NCBI RefSeq assembly: GCF_006345805.1
Contig: NW_021827252.1
Location: 1-10,889 of the forward strand
Direction: 5' to 3'
Length of the DNA stretch: 10,889 nucleotides
Source of the DNA: Octopus sinensis
Lineage: Eukaryota
Each line of letters begins with the position of its first letter. Position 1 is the stretch's first letter. A model generated the notes under the pieces. It worked only from the letters and a program-made list of their open reading frames with translations, did not search any database and was not told the origin of the DNA. Below, piece after piece: positions 7,512 to 10,889 of this stretch. The position numbers and the translations under genes are program-made.

Positions 7512-7516
7512 AGAAG

Positions 7517-7552
7517 CACGTGGTTTCCTGCGAATTAACGTCTAACCAATCA
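7517..7552. promoter_or_regulatory. Putative cis-regulatory motif cluster: E-box CACGTG + CCAAT box
   Basis: CACGTG at 7517-7522 and AACCAATCA at 7544-7552, in a locally GC/CpG-richer patch within AT-rich DNA. Motif match only. Confidence 0.25.
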
Positions 7553-7672
7553 CAATAGAGGAATGGATAAAAAAATCACACTGCGTGTCAATTATCGCCA
7601 TATTAAAAGTGTATTTGCGTTTTCTTCGTTAAATTTTGCATTTTTTAAATTTATTACGAATACTTTCTATTG

Positions 7673-7725
7673 CAACAACAAAAACAACAGCAACAGCAAC
7701 AACAACAACAACAACTAACATAACA
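7673..7725. repeat. (CAA/CAG)n microsatellite
   Basis: Directly visible. Confidence 0.93.
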
Positions 7726-7940
7726 AAAAAAATAAACAGCATGAAATGACACAAAACACAAACTTTAGAAATTACCACATCCTCATAACATGTCTTCGGA
7801 GCCACTTCCAGAATTAAGAAAAACAATAAAATAAGAAATTTAACTACATCACATACAGGAGGATGTCAAAAACAAACTATAGCGGCTACGTTGTTGCTGA
7901 GAAATTTTATGTGAAATAGAGAAAATAGTTTTAAAAACAA

Positions 7941-8099
7941 TATTAATATTTTTTTCTACTCTAGGCAGGCACAGTGCACGAAATTTTTGGGAAGCGAGGC
8001 AGTCGATTAGATCGACCCCAGTACGCAACTGGTACTTAATTTATCGACTCCGAAAGAATGAAAGGCAAAGTCAACCCCGGCGGAATTTGAACTCAGAAC
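7941..8099 (-). mobile_element. SINE family B variant, 5'-truncated, with a different 3' tail
   Basis: Minus strand reads GTTCTGAGTTCAAATTCCGCCGGGGTTGACTTTGCCTTTCA...CTGGGGTCGATCTAATCGACT as in family B, then GCCTCGCTTCCCAAAAATTTCGTGCACTGTGCCTGCCTAGAGTAGAAAAAAA, which does not match the tail of the 1829-2062 copy. Confidence 0.85.
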
Positions 8100-8181
8100 T
8101 TTTTGTTGCGAGGCCCCATCTCTTCAATCAAAATTAATAACCTACGCACCTTTATTATTAAACATGGTCCCTTACAGCTTG

Positions 8182-8234
8182 TTGTATTTTAGAATCATCA
8201 CAGCAGCGTCTGTCGTGATGATTCTAAAATACAA
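8182..8234. other. Perfect 20-bp inverted repeat with 13-nt spacer (hairpin/cruciform)
   Basis: TTGTATTTTAGAATCATCAC (8182-8201) is the exact reverse complement of GTGATGATTCTAAAATACAA (8215-8234). Confidence 0.95.
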
Positions 8235-8293
8235 AACATAAAAAACTAACGGTATATCTTTTTTCTACCCCTTTTTTCTACCCCCCCCTGTGC

Positions 8294-8380
8294 ATAGATA
8301 GATACATACACACACACAAACTTCTGTGTGCGTGTGTGTGTGTGTCAAATAACAACTTCAAAAATATATATGATATATAT

Positions 8381-8411
<31 letters not shown>

Positions 8412-8450
8412 GTGCGTGTATGTGCATGCATATGTGTGTGTATATCTGTG
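8294..8450. repeat. Mixed (CA)n/(TG)n/(TA)n dinucleotide tract
   Basis: Directly visible. Confidence 0.93.
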
Positions 8451-9002
8451 CGTATTACTGTATCCCACACATTATGTATATTATACATTATATACACATT
8501 CATTCCTTGTTACACTATGAGTTGCAATTATTCTATTTCATTCACTAAGTATCACGCTGAGACATCTTTTCCGTTTGATTACAAACAAATTAACAAAAAA
8601 AAAAGAAAAAAGAAAGAAAAAAAAGCGTCGAAAATAAATATATAGAAAGAAGAAAAAGAAAAGCCAATTTACATTTTTATCCATTTGTATCATTATTTTT
8701 ACGCTCTTTCTTATATTTTCATCTCTATTTCGTTTCCAGTGATAGAAAATTGAAATTACTTTTTTTCTAAAATCGATGTTACAGATAAGAAATTGAAAAT
8801 CAGAGGAAAACAAAGAAATGTAGACACAACCGTAAACGTGTGAGTCCCGTTTCTAATATATACACACTCACCCCGCATCCATGTATGTATACTAAAAAAA
8901 CAAAACTAAGTGTAAACTAGTCGGTACTAAAAAAAGTTGTGGAAAAATAAAAATGCGATTTTTATACAAGGAATCGTATATTTTATTTTCCATCTCCACA
9001 CC

Positions 9003-9015
9003 TGTGTGTGTATAT

Positions 9016-9062
<47 letters not shown>

Positions 9063-9275
9063 GTATGTATGAATCTCTGTGTGTCCGTGTGGTGTATGTG
9101 TCTGTGTGTATATATATACACGTATGTATATTATACATATATATATATACATACACATAGATACATATATATGTACATATATATATATTATATATATATA
9201 TATATATATAGATATATATTATATATATAGATATATATATATGCATACATGTCTATGCATATGTACACATACACT
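9003..9275. repeat. Mixed (TG)n/(CA)n/(TA)n dinucleotide tract
   Basis: Directly visible. Confidence 0.95.
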
Positions 9276-9565
9276 TATAATATAATATGTATGAGGAAAT
9301 TAGACTATACACACGTTTCTACTATTTGTTCCCACGTACGTTATGCCTTGGATTTTCCTAGTGTAACTGGATGCGCAACAACAACGAAACATTAAGAGCT
9401 GATCTCTATAAGTGAGAAACACGTAGCTGCCAATTATGTTTAAATGAAGCGTTGCAAATCCATATGGCTGGTGACTGTGTTCTTAACACCAGAAAAAGAT
9501 CCAATCATTAAGTGTTTACTCAAAAAATTCATGACATCAAAATCCCACAAGAAATCAAATAAGGA

Positions 9566-9621
9566 TTATATATAATATATATATATATATGAATGATCAT
9601 TAGATTATATATATATATATA
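9566..9621. repeat. Two short (TA)n tracts
   Basis: Directly visible. Confidence 0.9.
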
Positions 9622-9762
9622 AGCGATTCTGATAACCGTCTAAGGGACAATAATATCTGTTCTTACTATCGGTATAAATTACGTCATATTATATATTTAA
9701 AAATAATCAACCGATGTTGGTCAATTTGCTTGTTTGTTGATCAAGTTTACTCCATTTTCTGA

Positions 9763-9763
9763 T

Positions 9764-9796
<33 letters not shown>

Positions 9797-9960
9797 AAGT
9801 ATATGTGTATATGTATATATATGTATATATATGTGTGTGTGTATGTGCATATGTATATACATATATATGCATATATATACATATACTGGTGTACATGCTG
9901 CTGCTGCTGCTACTGCTACTGCAAACACTACCACAGTTGCTAACGCTGCTATTACTAGTG
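9763..9960. repeat. (TA)n/(TG)n tract followed by imperfect (CTG/CTA)n
   Basis: Dinucleotide tract ~9763-9885, trinucleotide tract ~9897-9960. Confidence 0.92.
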
Positions 9961-10037
9961 GTAGTATTGATAATAATATTATTAAGAATAATTAATTGCA
10001 ATATCTTAATGATGCAGCGAAGAAAAGGCAATTCCAT

Positions 10038-10092
10038 CAGCAATAACAACAAAAACAACAGCAACAACAGCAACAACCACAACAACAACAAT
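10038..10092. repeat. (CAA/CAG)n microsatellite
   Basis: Directly visible. Confidence 0.93.
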
Positions 10093-10408
10093 GTAAGTAG
10101 GAGAAAAAGTAGATATATGCGGAATAATGAGATTGAAAAGAAAGCCAAAACAGAACAACCCATATAATACCAATAGCTGTGCCTTGTGAATCATATAAAA
10201 AAATTATGGAGCATGGTATGTGTTGCACACACATATATAGGGAGAGGGGTTTCTATATAATGGAACATTCCCTACCAATAAGGAAAAAGAAGTAAAATAT
10301 ACGAATCCAAATAGAGGTAGGACCGAAAGCACAAGGAGATGCGTTGGATTGTGCCTTGGGTCAGTGCAGTGTTCCAACGATCAATTCTTCTAATTAAAAT
10401 TACTAATA

Positions 10409-10635
10409 GTGATGATGATGATGATAATAATAATCATAATTATGGTGAAGACGAAAATGCATATATATATATATATATACATACACATACACACATGTAC
10501 ATACTTACATACAGACATATATGTGTGTGTATGCAAATATAAGTATACATACATACACGTCTACATCTGTATATATATATATGTTTATATATATTATATA
10601 TGTATATATCTATGTATATATATATATATATATTG

Positions 10636-10666
<31 letters not shown>

Positions 10667-10693
10667 GTCTATCTATCTATCTATCTATCTATC

Positions 10694-10724
<31 letters not shown>

Positions 10725-10889
10725 CCTGCATATGCCCACAATCATTCTATTTGTTACAACACTCATACAGATACGGTGTATATACATACATAACTGCATA
10801 CATGCATGCATACATACATACATGCATATTACAAATACATACATATATATATATATATTATATATATATATATATAGATATATATATAT
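10409..10889. repeat. Low-complexity block: (GAT/AAT)n, (TA)n, (CA)n, (GTAT)n, (CTAT)n
   Basis: Directly visible; continues to the end of the window. Confidence 0.93.

Noticed and set aside
7629-7826. Minus-strand ORF with the protein-like stretch LEVAPKTCYEDVVISK and a GTAATT donor
   Set aside because: Weak acceptor, short, runs into a (TTG)n repeat and is not recognisable.
10000-10098. PolyQ/polyN-like frame ending at a perfect GTAAGT donor (10093-10098)
   Set aside because: The Q frame has an internal TAA, there is no credible upstream acceptor, and the tract is a typical (CAA)n microsatellite.
10342-10379. 7-bp inverted repeat CGTTGGA...TCCAACG
   Set aside because: Too short and irregular to exceed chance.
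4919-10793. Numerous poly-Met/Ile/Ser/Leu and Tyr-Ile-rich ORFs
   Set aside because: Low-complexity translations of (GAT)n, (CAT)n, (AAT)n, (CAA)n and (TA)n/(TG)n arrays.
1-10889. Hammerhead ribozyme core (CTGATGA...GAAA) expected with Penelope-like elements
   Set aside because: The only CTGATGA I noticed lies inside the (GAT)n array without supporting stems.

Overview
Non-coding, repeat-saturated animal genomic DNA (intron or intergenic), most likely octopus/coleoid cephalopod. That taxon call rests on my recall of octopus SINE sequences and on the very high microsatellite load; it has not been database-checked. No convincing protein-coding gene, tRNA/rRNA gene or CRISPR array is present, and almost every listed ORF is translated microsatellite or SINE sequence. 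The window holds copies of three tRNA-derived SINE families, labelled here A (4 copies), B (4 copies/fragments) and C (2 copies), plus many di-, tri- and tetranucleotide arrays. The most interesting structures are: a ~130-bp-arm foldback palindrome whose right arm is split by a SINE A insertion (51-681); a perfect 20-bp-stem hairpin in unique sequence (8182-8234); inverted SINE pairs that could form dsRNA; a tail-less B/A SINE fusion joined at a microhomology (3291-3667); and a diverged tandem duplication carrying CRE + E-box motifs in each unit (3807-4074). I see no direct evidence of a new biological system; the best lead is a high density of potential RNA/DNA secondary structure.
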